A stretch of DNA of 62,962 nt, the filler included, from Trichosphaerium sp. ATCC 40318 (taxonomy: Eukaryota > Protista > Tubulinea): the NCBI GenBank assembly GCA_038496445.1. It is 3 parts of 3 records of this genome, joined end to end, with 100 filler letters (N's around TTAATTAATTAA, not from the genome) between each part and the next. Parts side by side here need not be neighbours in the genome. Positions count along the whole stretch, not along the records: positions 1 to 29,710 come from JALMLS010000333.1; 2 more parts are not named here. One strand, written 5' to 3'. This document shows, piece by piece, positions 13,806 to 27,509 of this stretch. Every line of letters begins with the position of its first letter. Within the stretch, counting starts at the first letter, position 1. The notes under the pieces were generated by a model. That model made no database searches. It had not been told where the DNA came from and was given only the letters and a program-made list of their open reading frames with translations. The translations under genes and the position numbers were made by a program.

Positions 13806-14493
13806 AACTGCCTTTCACTGTTCGTTATGTGTGGGTGTTACGTGTTTTGGGGTGCTGTATTTGATTCAAGGCTTAATACCCAAAAAAAAACCGAAAAAAC
13901 TCTGCAACCTTAACCTCGCCAGCAGTTCCAAAGGGGCACGCTCATTAAAAAAATAGCCAATCTAGTGATCATTGGCTTATTAAGCTGTATTTACCCTCAA
14001 CAACTTATTTTTAGTTAACCAACCATAAACGCCATGCTTCATACTTGAGTCAAGTTCAAGCATGTAGTAACAGCTCTGAATTTTCACGTACAAATTAAAA
14101 ACAAACAAAACACTAAGAGAAAACTGCGCAACTCCATACTAGTTCGAGACGTCAAAGTGATTGTTTACCATGCTTCACTTTGATACTGAAAACTGTAACT
14201 GGTTTAACTTCCGAACAACTGTTTAAAACCTACTTGACCTGAATTCCATTCGCAACAGACTAATAGACATTGCAAAATTGCGATCACGTGTCGCTATTCG
14301 CGTCACAATTTGAATTAACTAATGCCCCAATGTGATTTATTGAACTTGTGCAAGAATTTCTATTTCTATAATCGCAGGCCTATAAAAGGTAATTCGTAAT
14401 GACATATCTGCAAAGTAGCGTTTTTGAGTCGCGTGACAAACGTAGTAGCGTATAAAAGAAACCAAAGACACTTATTTCTTACAGTGAACAAAA

Positions 14494-16500
14494 ATGGAAG
14501 AGGTACAGCAAAAACGCCTATTATGTTCGATCATTTTCATATTGTGCGTTAACGCTCCTATATCGGGACATAGTACCAAGTCACATCAGAGGGAGGGAAG
14601 TACTTATTGGATCGGAACAACACCAAAAAAATTCAATAAGGGCAAGCAATTTAACTAATTTGGCAGTACAGTAAAAAGCAGTACTGTTGCACCCAGGCAC
14701 TGTTATCTTTTGGTATTTTGTGGTGAAGAAGACTTTTTTGGACGCCGTAATTTCTTTTTGTGAGAATAAATAAACAATTTACACATAAAGCAAAAATTCA
14801 CTCCCTTTAAAAGGTAATGACGTCGGATATTGGGAATCACACCCCCTAAATCAATTCAATCACTTATATCTTGTCGGAAACACCAGGAAACTAACAATTT
14901 GGTTTTAGATAACGAAAAAAAAAATATAATGGACGGACACACTAAAGTAGACGATGGTGCGTTGGAACTATTGGTATTTGCATTTACACTTGCACGCGAT
15001 GCGATTTGTTTTTTTGAGCTTAGAACGAAGCTGAAGCGAAAATAAGCATAACCGGTTAACATTACTTTCCGTTTCCAGTATAACGGTGTATGCAAGGAAA
15101 AACGTAGTTGGCGCTAAGAACTTGCTGTGCCCTTTTTTGATTTTCTCGTTTTCTCCTGTTACTTTTGCGTATTTCTTTGTCCCTGGGGCTGTTTCATTGG
15201 CGCTTGATACCTGACATAAGTTTTGATGTAGGTACAAAGAAGAAAAAGGGCAGGAGGAAGATAGAGATAGCCTTCATAGAAGAGAAATCGAGACGCCATA
15301 TCACTTTTTCAAAGCGTAAGGCTGGAATAATGAAAAAGGTAAGGTTTTGGTTTCGAAGCGTTTTAAAAACCGCGCGGGGTTTACGAAGTAAACTAAAGCA
15401 AGCTACCCAAGATATTATTATATTGAAAAGCCGCCATTCAGAAAAGTTACTAGAGCGTCTTTTTTTTTTTTTTATATTTGTCTATGTACACTTTCGCGTG
15501 GGCAGTTCACAAGCTAAAACGAACTGTGCCTGGCTATAAAAGGCTTGTAGTACATATCGAACGCACCAATTTTCTAAATACTCCTCCTTTTGCTTTTATT
15601 TGAAGCAGATGCGGACAAACTTTCCTTTTGCTCACTCTTTTGGCTTTTAAACTGCTTCTTATTTTAGTAGTGACGTTGTACTAATTACCTAAAAGGCTTA
15701 CGAGCTCGCAACCCTCACCGGAACTCAAGTATTGCTTCTCGTCGCATCAGAAACCGGACACGTTTACACCTTCGCTACACCCAAACTACAGCCTCTGATC
15801 ACCAAACCAGAGGGAAAGAATTTAATACAGGCCTGTTTGAACGCTCCAGACGCTCCAGCAGTGAATCCAGTCGGAACTGGTATGCCAAGTGCTGCCGATA
15901 ATTCCTTGGCTCGTCAGATGCCTTCCCCTGCTCAGTCGCGTGGCTCTGTCCCATTGGGTTCCAACTACCAACAACACGCGGCTGGAGATGACCTATACAC
16001 TCCACCTATAGAAGGTACGCGCCAAGGAGGCGCTAGAGTAAAGACAGAATCGGTACGCTAAACTTGACATGTTTTACTTTATTGTTTTTTTGGTTTGTTT
16101 TTTGTACAACTTGGTATCAGCCCTTTGCTAATCTATGTACGTAGAAGGATGTTAAACCAAGTCATTTACCTCATCCAAACATGCTACCAGCCATGCCACG
16201 AGGTACGTTGATATGTTTTTTGGCGCGTGTTTTTTTATTGACTTTTTTGTATTAGGACAAGGTTTGCAATACCCAAGGATGCCTGGTATAGCTCCATTCC
16301 CAGGACAAGCTCCAGGTTATCCTAGCTACCCACCAGGACAAGGCATGCCTCCAGCGTTCCTGGGTAGCCAAGGAGGTATGATGTTTGCACAAAACGGAGC
16401 AGCTCCTGCTTACAAGGTACCCAAACACTTACTGTTGGCTCAACTGACCCGTCCGTCATAGAATGAAGTTCACTCAGCTTTCCAAAGCAGCAAACACTGA
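14494..16500 (+). CDS. SRF: SRF/Mcm1-type (type I) MADS-box transcription factor; 5' micro-exons approximate
   Basis: GRRKIEIAFIEEKSRRHITFSKRKAGIMKK|AYELATLTGTQVLLLVASETGHVYTFATPKLQPLI..GKNLIQACLN, followed by a Pro/Gly/Gln-rich C-terminus. Confidence 0.92.
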
Positions 16501-16755
16501 GGATTTCTCACTATGTACAAAAAAAATAACCCATTTTAAAACGTGTGGAGTTGAAAAAAAAATAAAGACTATCCACCTCAACTCTTTGTGTATTTCGATC
16601 AAAAATAGTGATTTTAAATTGATTTTCGTTCACCTACATTGTTGTAGTATTGTTAGATGAAAATACTAAGGATAAGTTACATATGTCATAATTCTTCTTT
16701 TTTTTTTTATACACTCTTGGGTTGTACACGACGCACTTAGCAAATCAGGGCCAAG

Positions 16756-18585
16756 TTAGTTTCTAGCAGCGTTCAGTGCAGCAACAGTGTCATCTCCAAC
16801 AGCACCCCTTTTGGTTAAAAGCGTTAGTTGTCATTTTTTGTCACGTGATATTTGGAATAAAAACAACTATTGTACCTATCTTCTTTGAGTTCTTTTACAT
16901 AATTTTCCATTTTGCCAGCAATGTTTAGCGGTTTGTCAGATACGTCAGCAGTCTATTTAAGTCATTAATAATAAAACCAAGGTACACCTTGGTAGAAGAC
17001 GTACCAGCCAACCGTGCTTCATTGCCTGTTCAGCTGTCATACGGTCACTTGGATCTCTAACGAGTAATTTACTGATAAAGTCCTTTGCAGCTTCGGATAT
17101 CTCTTGCCAACATCTAATAGACGAACAATTAATTAAACCGTTTCCAACGAACAACATGAAAATATTAAAACAGTTCCTACAATAACTACACGTACTCATC
17201 ATCGTAATCAAAGTCTACAGCAATAATTTTGTCAAACAATTGAACATCATCTTCAGCATAGAATGGTGGCTAGTACTAACATTAGTTTACTTTCATCTAC
17301 AAAAGAATTTTTTGTAAAATAGAACTTACATAACCAGCGAGCCTAAATAGGAATTAGAATGATTGTTTTTATCAAAAAAAACAAAGACCACACGTACAGT
17401 ACGTATGTGATGATTCCAATACCCCATAAGTCCACCTGTTTTGTGTAGCCATCGGAAGTGATTACTTCAGGTGCGACGTATCCAGGCGTTCCACAAGATG
17501 TTCTAAGATCCTCTTCGTCGAATATTTTCGACAGGCCGAAATCAGCTAGTTTTACGACTTCTGTGTCTCCAGAGCCAGAACACAAAAGATTCTCAGGCCT
17601 TGAGTGCAAAGAGTTAGCTCTGTATATATATATATTTTTTATCGCCGTCAGGTACGCACTTGAGATCTCTGTGCGCTATGCCGTTGTCGTGTAAATATTT
17701 TACCGCCTAGAAAGGGCTTTAAGCAAAAACGCAGTAAAAAATAAGCAACAGATTATTGTAAAACAATCACGTGATTAGCGTATTTGGCGCGTTTCTTGAA
17801 AAGAAGATGATAATAAGTACCTCTAATAGCTGTTTTATTATAACGACAGCGTTCTTTTCAGAGTAGTACCCTCTGTCAACGATACGATCGAATAATTCAT
17901 CACCGTCGATCCTTTTGAACAAACCGTCAATGAGTTTTTTTTTTCACATCAAACAAAAAAAAAACGCAAAAAAAAAAGGCGTACAATTCCATGACGATGT
18001 ACACGGTGGTGTCGGATTCATAAATTTCGTGAAGCTTCAATATATTCTTGTGTTCCACGCGTTTCATAATATCAACTTCTCGTTTAAGTAACTTAATATC
18101 ATCCACGATAGCCTAAGAACAGTAAGAATACCACCAGCACTTTGAAAAAAAAAAAAAAAAGAAAAATTAATCCTGAGACTGTAGCATCCACCACTTTTCA
18201 CAGGCTACCAAAAATAGATTGCTCACTTGTTTATCGATAACTTTAACAGCAAAATCTTGCTTTGTCTTCTTGTTGGTGGCCTTTCGCACTGTCGAAAAAC
18301 CGCCTCTTAATAACAAGTTAATGACGAGGTAAAAAACATAAAATCGCACGTGGTCTATAAACTGTTTTGAGGGAAAAATAAGTAAATAAGACCCCGACGT
18401 ATCGTATTTAGCATTAGGCGAAAAGAAAAGAAAAAAAAAACCCATACAGTAGGAGAAAAACTGCAAAAAGCATTTGAAACTTTGCCCAAATGATAAATAA
18501 TAATAAATCAAAAAAAACAAACGTACCGGCCAATCTCTGGTCCAATATCATAATCTTGTTCTATCGGATAGTCGATCGCTGACAT
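16756..18585 (-). CDS. CaMK1/MLCK-A-like Ser/Thr kinase
   Basis: Motifs IGRGGFSTVRKA..FAVKVIDK, GDELFDRIV, HRDLKPENLL, VKLADFGLSK, TSCGTPGYVAPE and ISEAAKDFISKLLVRDP. Confidence 0.93.
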
Positions 18586-18934
18586 AAAAGCTAGCACTTA
18601 TTATTGTCATTGCCATGACCTTTTTTACATTGTATTTGATATGGGAGTGGGATAGAGCCGGAGGTCTCAAAAATGAAATTTACAAATAATTTTAACCAGC
18701 TGGTTACTCTTGAAGGTACCCCACGTGGGGTATTATCAAAATAACGAGCCGGTACTCTTTTTTGGGCAAATCCAAGTTAAAATGGAAGTGCGTGGAGGTA
18801 TGGTAGTACTTATTAGGGTGGTTTTGAGGCGCAGCACAGAGACTGGTACAAAAATACTTTTTAAATCAATTTAAAGTGTTGAAACCACCCCAAAGTGTAT
18901 TACAAAACGTGTTGGTTGTTTTGCTTCAAAAAAA

Positions 18935-19096
18935 ATACTTTTTTAAATATTGTTCTTTTGAAGGGTGATTCGCACTCTTTTTGTTTCCTCCGCTAGCACC
19001 GCCACCTGATGGCTCCGCTGCTTGCTCGACTGGCGCAGCTCCGGTTGAAGGACTTGGAGCGGCGGCTGGCTTTTTTTTACTTCCTGTACAGCCCAT
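18935..19096 (-). CDS. Probable N-terminal myristoylation/palmitoylation exon of the downstream kinase (or a small separate ORF)
   Basis: MGCTGSKKK followed by a low-complexity Ala/Pro/Gly linker, about 350 nt upstream of the kinase on the same strand. I could not resolve the splice join. Confidence 0.45.
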
Positions 19097-19733
19097 CGCA
19101 GTAGTTTTCAAAAAAACTGGCCGGCAATTTGTGTGATTTTAAAATCCACCAGAAATGATTCTGACCAGATGTGTGAAGATAATAGTACTGATACCACTCG
19201 TTGTGGTGGTTACCGTGCTGCTATGTTTACCTATTTGCTTATGACGCCATCAACCCAAGGAGAAATGAGGGGACAGAACGCAAATGATACCCGAAGAAAA
19301 AAAAAGATTGCAGTCGCTCAAACTGGGTGTTGGCAGTTTTCCTTTGGTTTTACCGGCGACGAGGTTTGGTACAGTATGTTTGTGAATAATTGTGACTTTG
19401 CACAGTATCGTAGAGGGCACGTGACCCAACCAGATCCCTAGTGCTCATAATTTAGTTCGCCCGCATTCAGTACGCTTAATACTACAAACGAGATGGCGAA
19501 AAAAGTGGTGTAGTTTAAAAGTATCACGTGATAGGTAAGAAAAACCTTAAAACGGTTTTCTGGAATTGCAAACACCTAGTACCACGCAGTATAATATAAA
19601 TGTACCACAGTAATTTTTGTAAATTTGGTACACGTTGTACAACGTCCAAAATAGATCTCGTGTTTTTAATGTTTTCTTTAAATAGATAAGTACATTAGGT
19701 AACTATTTGCTACCGCTTGATGTACAGTGCTAA

Positions 19734-20772
19734 TCATACTTTTTTGGACTGTACTTGTCCTTCTAAATCATCCTCTTCATCGTCACTATCCTGGCCGGAA
19801 CCCCATTTTACATCTTTTCCTGCTTTCAAGTAGTCTATCCATGTCTACATCAAGCTTAAATAAAAGAAAACAAAGGAAAAGCAAAGAATAGTATAAAATG
19901 GCATTGTAGCTATCAATAGTCTACAGATTGCGTACTCTGACTGTACCGCTCTTCTTAGAGAGCGGATCTTTGGAACCAGGTGTGATACCGACTACGTAGT
20001 AGTCTAAAGTGCCATTAAACTTTGACACATCAAAATTTCCATCCTCTAATTTGAAATATGAGTATTGGCGTATGGGTGTGTTAACATTGTACCATCTGGT
20101 AGTACAGCGTCAGCCTCACTACTTGAAAGGTATTGGACGCGTATAAAACAATCAGAGTAGTTCTCCTTTAAGTACGCCATTGTGATAGCTCCAATTGCAA
20201 TCTCCTCTTGTTTTGGTTCTTTTAGTGTACCTAGTGGACGTCAATGAGTTAAATGATGGACACCATGCAACGCAACGTTCGTAGCAAGCTTCACGAGAAC
20301 AATCACGAAAATGGTAATTTATGCAAATTTTTGTTAATTGTACCTAGCTCAACTATGGTCTCAGCTGTACATACTTTGCTTTTCTTTTGCTTAGAACGTT
20401 TCTTTTTGGAATCTACGCCAATTTTTTCTTTTTTTTTGTCTTTTTTGTGCTTCTTTTTCTTACTTTCTAACGGACTGTATTAGTATGGTATTGCCTCTAT
20501 CAGTGCTATGCCTTTCTCCTTGGGCTTCTCCTATGTTGTCAGTTAGTCAAGAAGACAAGCAAATCAAACAAAATAGCCGTGAGTAGTTGCAAACACGCAC
20601 CTCCTCTTCTTCGCTGTCGTCAATAGATACAGGCTTGTCCTACACGAAATTGTTACCCAATAGTTCTCAATACGCTAGTAATAGCTGTTTTGTGTCTAAC
20701 ACGCGTAATTACCTCGTTTTCTACGTCTCGTTGTGTTTTTATTGCTGCACCTGATTCTTCGTCCGACGACAT
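19734..20772 (-). CDS. Hypothetical charged protein, multi-exon
   Basis: Spliceable exons run from MSSDEESGAAIK through YSYFKLEDGNFDVSKFNGTLDYYVVG to an acidic tail SDDEEDDLEGQ. No family recognised. Confidence 0.5.
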
Positions 20773-21033
20773 CTATATTTGTGAGTTTTCAGCGTATGTA
20801 GCTTAATTATGTACTTTGGGTAATGTATTTGGTAAACTGTCATATTCGCACTTAGAAGCAAGCTAGGACAGACTTAACAAAGTCACTTGCAAAAACAAAT
20901 TGTAAAACCGATACTATGTACGTGATACTATCGTATGTGTTATTCAAATATGAGGTTGTGGTATTTTACAATTATGTACAAGAGCTTAAAAAAAAGCAGA
21001 AAGGCAAAAAAAAGGTACGTCACGTGTCTCGAA

Positions 21034-22845
21034 TTACAGAGCCATGAAGTACACTCGTTTTAGCGTATTGTTGCTCACTTCTTTTGTAACGTGTGCGTTT
21101 TTCTACGTAAGCTATCTGGTAAACACCCTACGAAAAGAACCAAGTCAGAGAAGGCGCCTTGTAAAAAAAAGAAAAAAACAAAAAAGCAGTTCCTACCCTT
21201 GTGAACGTTTTTAACATTTTACGGACTGACGCTAGATTATTATTTTGAATACGCTTCTTCAATGCTGTGCCATCATGCGCAGGGTCAAATATGAGTAAGG
21301 AAATTTTACCTCCTCGCTTCTCTGCACCAATAATAGTCCTGGAGTGACCTTCAGAAAAAAATAAATTAGCAAAGTTTTAGCTGACTTTAGCACACGACGG
21401 CAGGTACCTTGGTGCTGCAAGTATAGAGGTGGTACAAAAGTTTTACCATACTCCTTCTCTTTCTTGACAAAGTATTCCCATACCCAGTTCACAAGCGACT
21501 TGTTGGGGAAGTGAGTTGGTTTGAATTTATCACCATATTTACGAGAGTTGTTACTACTTTTATGAGAAACAAAAGACGTCATTGACGTTTGTTGTGGTTT
21601 TTTCTTGGAGTGAACGTCCAAAATCGAGATTCTGTTAGAAAAAACTGTAAGGTCACAGAGTTTTATTGACAAAAACTGGTTAATACCGTACCGCACACCA
21701 AAACTACGGAGCAATGCTGAACATTCTGTTGTACCAATCCACTTTCGGGTATCGTAAACTGTACCAAGTTTTGTTGCTTCTCCCTTGTCATAACCTGATT
21801 TCCAAGCACGCTCAAGCCACTCTGTACAAAACAAATCAGTTGTCACAACTAATCACATCAGATAATAGTATCGCGTACCTTGCAGGCAAGGAATGGTTGG
21901 AACATATCCGCTATCAGAGAATAGTGAGCGTCTGTGTTCTGGGAATTGCATGAGGTAACTACACAACATCTATTTGACACAATTAGAACTGACGCTGCCC
22001 TGGGATGTTGCAGGTGTAACGTACTTGTATATTACGGTATCCACAACCCCAACCGGAATCTCCAGGATCATTGGCGAAATGATCTAACAGATATTGGATT
22101 GAGAGTGAATGACAATAAACAAGTACCTGTTCCACTACATATAAAATACTTTTGTACTCCACGTGCCCTCTTTGTGTAGTACTCGACTAGCGCGTGAGTG
22201 ACTCCTACAAACAGAGTCAATGTTAACGCGTTCAATATTGAAATTTTGCAAAGCAAAGTATTACCACAAGTGCGAGAGAGTGTGTCAGGACCACGAATAC
22301 TTTCACGCACAACACTGACCATTGTGTCTTTCTGTTCACGTGTCATTCGCTTTTTGTAAACTTGGTAGTTTAGACTACGTTCATACTGTGCTATATAACC
22401 ACCAGAGTGCCGGCCGTGATTGGAGGTGCTCTGTTGATATGGAGTAAGAACAAAAGTATGCCAGGAAAAGAAGTAAAAGCATAACAGCATTACAAGAAAA
22501 TTACCTTGTGACTCGTATTTTGTGACTTTTCGATATCAGAGAGCCTGTGAAGAGATATATGCTCATCCAGCAATGCCATAGAGCTGAAAGTACAACGACA
22601 CGATTGAATTGGGCATACTTTAAAAAAAAATTAGTATTGGGCGGTTTAATGGTATTAATACGCTAATTGGTAGGAAGACAACGCGTACCAAATGATGCTG
22701 AACGATTGCATGTATTTGGGAAAGAGGAATGTGTTTTTTGCCGTTTTGACGCTGGCAAGCGGAAGCCACACGCGTCACAACACGTCGTACTGCTTTCATT
22801 TATCAGCGTACATGTAGGGCAACTCCAGCGCCGTTTTTCGCTCAT
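21034..22845 (-). CDS. ZUP1: ZUP1/ZUFSP/Mug105-like deubiquitinase (peptidase C78 fold) with N-terminal NZF and C2H2 fingers
   Basis: Catalytic motif DSGWGCGYRN; LERAWKSGYD; KWIGTTE; PPLYLQHQGHSRTIIG. N-terminal WSCPTCTLIN..CDACG. Confidence 0.88.
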
Positions 22846-23329
22846 CTATGGCCTGGCGCTGAGTCTAGGTATTGATGTACAGTCACGCGGGTTTTTTATG
22901 AATAAATGGCGGAAAATAACGGTATTTTCTTCGCGTAAGCACAAGGACTTGTACCTAAAACAGTAAAAAAAATAAACATGCTCCTTTTATTTTCACGTGT
23001 GTCTTATATCGTGAGTCACAGTACTAACGTACGCTGAGAAAGTCAGCTTTGATTTATGTCACCTGTACAGATCACATGTGATTGTACCCTTTTACTCATA
23101 ACCTAAAAAGAGTTCACAGGCTTTGCGAGTATCCACCTAAAAAATTGTACGCGTCTCGCGCGTCCAAGTCGTTTTTTTTTTCCGCTTTTTTTTTTTGTTA
23201 AGGTCCGCCTTCGTTGTTATGTCTTAGAAAACTCACCAAAACACAACAAGTAATAAACAACCAATTGGTACGTAAATACATTGCTTTCTTTGAGATTATT
23301 TTCATTTAAAGCGTAATTGTAACAATTAG

Positions 23330-24732
23330 ACACAATATCCCTCGAATAAAACGCCTATACCATGCAGAAGCAGCGTAAGAGAAAACGTACGTCATTTGGT
23401 GACTTTATAAAGTGGAATTCTACAATACGGCCCCATACTGTTGCCTACAGTGCTCACGAGTATGGGGTATTAAAATTTTGTATTAAATTTAAGAAAAAAC
23501 AAGTACAAAGATTGTTTGGGGCTACGAAAGTAAAAAAAAAATGTTAACATAACTCGGGTTAGGAACCCAACCTTTTCTCGTTACAGAAGACGTAGGCAAT
23601 GATCAACATATCGTAGACGCGATTCGTGAGAAAGGTGAGCAAGAGACCCCTCTTATGAACTTACGCATACCAAAACAGCTTTTTTTTATACCTGCACCTT
23701 AAAACACGAACCGCTACCTCTTTTTAATGCTGTATTTTTTTCGTTGTCGGTTCTTTTTTTCCGCGGCTTACCCACTGCAACCTAGTCCGCCTGCCTGCCT
23801 CTAAGACCCCAATTATCGATGCTACTGCAATGCTTGTAACAATGGAGCTCTCCTCACATCTGGCATCGGATGTGGGCACTTCTATTGTAGTTACGCACTG
23901 GGATAACTTTTTAAAGTATCTTCGTCTATTTTGTACCAAGCAAAGACAGACAGCGAGTGACGACTCAAGAGTAAAAGTACATAAACTTTTTTGCTTTTCT
24001 CTCCCATTTACTTATTTTTAAAACAAGGCTCTTGGTCGCTGGTTCTCTGGTATTCCTTATAAGAAGCAGCGCCGCAACGTTACAAGCATAACTATGCACG
24101 TGAAGGTACGTTGACGTTTATTTTTTTGTGTTGGGTTTTTTTTGAGTCCCCAAGGTGAAAGTTCTGGTTTATTTTTGGTTAACCTTGTGGATAGGACAGT
24201 CACAAGAAAAAATGGCTCGCTGCTCTTCAAAGAGTTGACGCGTATATCAAGGCGTCTGATGTAATGAGAGAGATAGAGAACAGGTCTGAAGTACCTCGCT
24301 TAGAATTTAGTCCACCACGGGAGTGTACTACTCTTTGTTCCGACGTTGAACATGCCAGAGTCCCAGGCATGCTTCGAGACACTTTTAAGAGCGAAATGGA
24401 TCAGGACCTACCTTACTTCCAGTACCACCACGACCAATCGTATCTGGAAAACACCAAGCGACAGCGTGATGCACTTATAGGGGATGTACCGCGAGCAATG
24501 TTTTATATACCTACACAACAAAGATCACAACAGTTTTCCAGCATGAGACAGGTTAGTGTTTGAAATTTTCCATTATTTTGTTTAAACGTCGCTTCACCCA
24601 CCATGACCTACTAAATTTGTTATAGGCTGAATCGTTTGACTATTTCAATTACGACTACAAAGGTTTAGAACATCCACCGCCTGCGGTAAATGCTCCCTCA
24701 TATACGGACCAATGGTGGGAGCATAAGTTGTA
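23330..24732 (+). CDS. Hypothetical protein, multi-exon; start uncertain
   Basis: Exon chain with GT-AG introns (IVVTHWDNFLKYLRLFC..|ALGRWFSGIP..|DSHKKKWLAALQRVDAYI). Stop at about 24732. No family recognised. Confidence 0.5.
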
Positions 24733-24934
24733 ACCAAGAGTCCATTGTACTGTTAATCCTGTAAATACTAATTACCATCTCTATATTTTAAAACTTTGAC
24801 TTCTTTGAAATCACGTGATATAAGAACATTACCCTTTCACTGTTATAGTGTATTTGTACCTTTCTTTCGAGAGAAAAAAGGCCTGATCAATCCAGATTTT
24901 TTAGTTCATTTTTTATTATGATTACAGCGTAATT

Positions 24935-26696
24935 TTAGTTCGTTTTTTTCGTTGACACGCGCCATTCAGTTTGTCCTAAACTAAAGTTTTTAATATTCCA
25001 TGAAGCCTGTTCAAGCTTGGTAATGAATTCTTTCCATTTGTGTTCTATTTCTGGTATTGTACAGTCCACCATTGCGTCTCTTTTTGTCACAATAAAGGCG
25101 TGATAGTAACTCTGAATAATATCCAAGGGAGTCACGGTGTCGAGATACAGGACGTTGATCATACCATCAGATTTTTTGAATAAGACATAGGCATGTGGAT
25201 GCACCTCAAGGAATTTATCATAATAGACACAGAACTGTTGATGTGTCTTGTCATCACACACCGAACTGATCGGCACACCCAAGGATATCTACAATCACCA
25301 CATTAACCTAACGTAATATATACTTGTCTTACCTTGGTAGGTGACGTATACCAAAGCCTTTCTTTATTCCTAACCTGTCGTGGACTTAGTATTTTTCCTA
25401 CAAAAAAAGTTAGCGCGAATAACATTTCCAGTGATTACCAGTGCTAACGTATTCCTCCAGAATAATGTCTGCGCGTTGCCTATTTTTAAATAGATGAGCA
25501 AAGGAGCCTTTGTATTCCAAACAAACCTGTTCAACTTGTCAAAGATTAGAGATTTCACAGCAAGGTAATTGAAGATGAGATGTGCAGCAGATAGCACCAA
25601 GAACAGTGTCCAAGTCACAAAGCTCGAATCTGATATTGAAGATGCAACAAATATGCCAATAAGCAATCCTAGACAGTGTGAATGTACGTAGCACCATGGT
25701 AGTTACCAACAAGATTAACGCATGTCTCTTGCGAACCGTCTTTTGCAGATACATCTAAGTTTGTCAAATAACAATCTATGTACCGGCGATAATTCCACGT
25801 GTACAAAAGACTTACCAGCCATGTTACCTCTCTTGGCTTGGTGCTCTGTAACAGCAGCACGAGTAGCAGCTTAAGGTAAAATTAGGTGATATAGCGGTCC
25901 AAACACTTACCACCAGCGACACCAACAATAGCTCTAAATAATGAGCCTACGTTTGAAGTTAAAATAATAATCTTGCTTTCTTATGTTCGTTGGCTTACCA
26001 GCACAGACAAGAGCAAGAAAATATTGAGGAAATACAGCGGATAACATATCTAGGAGCATTGCGAAGTCATTTAAGCCATCTGCAACCAACCGCCATGTCT
26101 TTGCATTTCTGTCCAAGTTGGAGCCTTGCCACCACGCAAAAACAATCCTACCAACGTGACCAGTACCATCTCTGATGAGCCAATTTATTGTGGCACTCGT
26201 GACATTCGCAGACGCTACAAGCTGTCAATTTCGAGTCACGTGACAAGTAGTATTTATGGAATTTTCTGTACTGCACCTTTGCCAACGCCTACGCCACTCA
26301 ATATTGCCTTATTGGAGTGTAAATAATATCAACGTTTCAATTGCAGCACTACCTTTGTAGCAAGAGTCCCTGTTGCGTAGCTACAAAAAGCTTGAAGTGT
26401 ATCGTAGATTTGGTACTCAAGATAGTCCTCTGACACTGAATCGGGGTACCTCAGGCAATTTGGTAAACATTTCTAAACGGTTACAAAAAAAACCAACAAA
26501 TGTGCGTACCCTTCTGGTAGAAAGGCTTCATAGAAGAATTGCTGTAAGGACACGCTAAAATACGAGCTTTTCGTTTTTTCTAGCCTAATTCTGGTTTAAA
26601 ACACTTACAGACGCTCTTTCCAACCTACCTTGTACTAGATATCGCGTATACATTCTTAAGCGTACCACACCGCTCTTCAAAGACTCGTGATTGCAT
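24935..26696 (-). CDS. RUS1 / DUF647 (root UVB sensitive) family membrane protein
   Basis: Motifs FLPEG|YPDSVSEDYL..QIYDTLQAF, WLIRDGTGHVGRIVFAWW, DRNAKTWRLVADGLND and SAKDGSQET. Confidence 0.9.
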
Positions 26697-26899
26697 ATTT
26701 AAACACGATTCGAAGCGAAACTGTTTTTGGCTTGTCACAAACACTTAAAATGAACCAAAACAAACTTAAGACAAATAAACCTTTTTTTTTTTGTGACTCA
26801 TTTTTTCTTTAAATAGTTTCTTTTTATTTTAAATTTACAATTCTTTAACGGCTTAGAACCGTTACGCTATGGTTTCATATATCAACAATGGATTGCAAG

Positions 26900-27509
26900 G
26901 TATTTTCTATCTATGGCGATGCAATTCCTTGTTCCTTACTTATCTGGTCCATGAGCGTGGAGTAAAGCCATTCGAGTTCATGTTTTGTTGTGTAACTCTC
27001 GAATTTTAGTAATACACGCGATTCAGCCAGTTGCTCAGGGCGATGATTTATCCAATAATCGATTAACGAAACAAGCCTCAAAATGCGCATTTTGCACGTT
27101 CTACAAACCGTTTAGAATTCGAAACGGTTTTTTTTATTTTGGAATTTTTTTTTTTGTTTCGAGCTTGAAAACTGCTTTAGTAAGTACCTTGGGGTCGAAT
27201 CCGCTCCCTCTGCCTTTCTCTTTTTAATAGCCTTTTCGATTTTGCGATATTCTGCAAAGATAACGCACAACTTGCTCCTTTAATAGACATGTGAGTTAAA
27301 TGCTGAAGGTGCAATTTGTTCGTTTTTTTTTAACTTACTGTGGTGATGGTACTGATTCTTCAAAGAGGTATTCCGCATCATCAGGGTTAATAGCGTAATG
27401 CCTATATACCTCACGTAGATCTTTCTTCCATACCATCTTGTTTATCTCCTTTAACTTGAGAGGAGGTACTTCAGAAGATGCTCGCCTTTCTCTTGTTCTT
27501 GATGCCATG
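26900..27509 (-). CDS. Small hypothetical protein; 3' end uncertain
   Basis: MASRTRERRASSEVPPLKLKEINKMVWKKDLREVYRHY.. with downstream spliceable exons. Confidence 0.35.

Noticed and set aside
14379-14389. CCTATAAAAGG as an autoregulatory CArG box of the SRF gene
   Set aside because: It has seven A/T bases rather than CC(A/T)6GG, and is more simply a TATA box.
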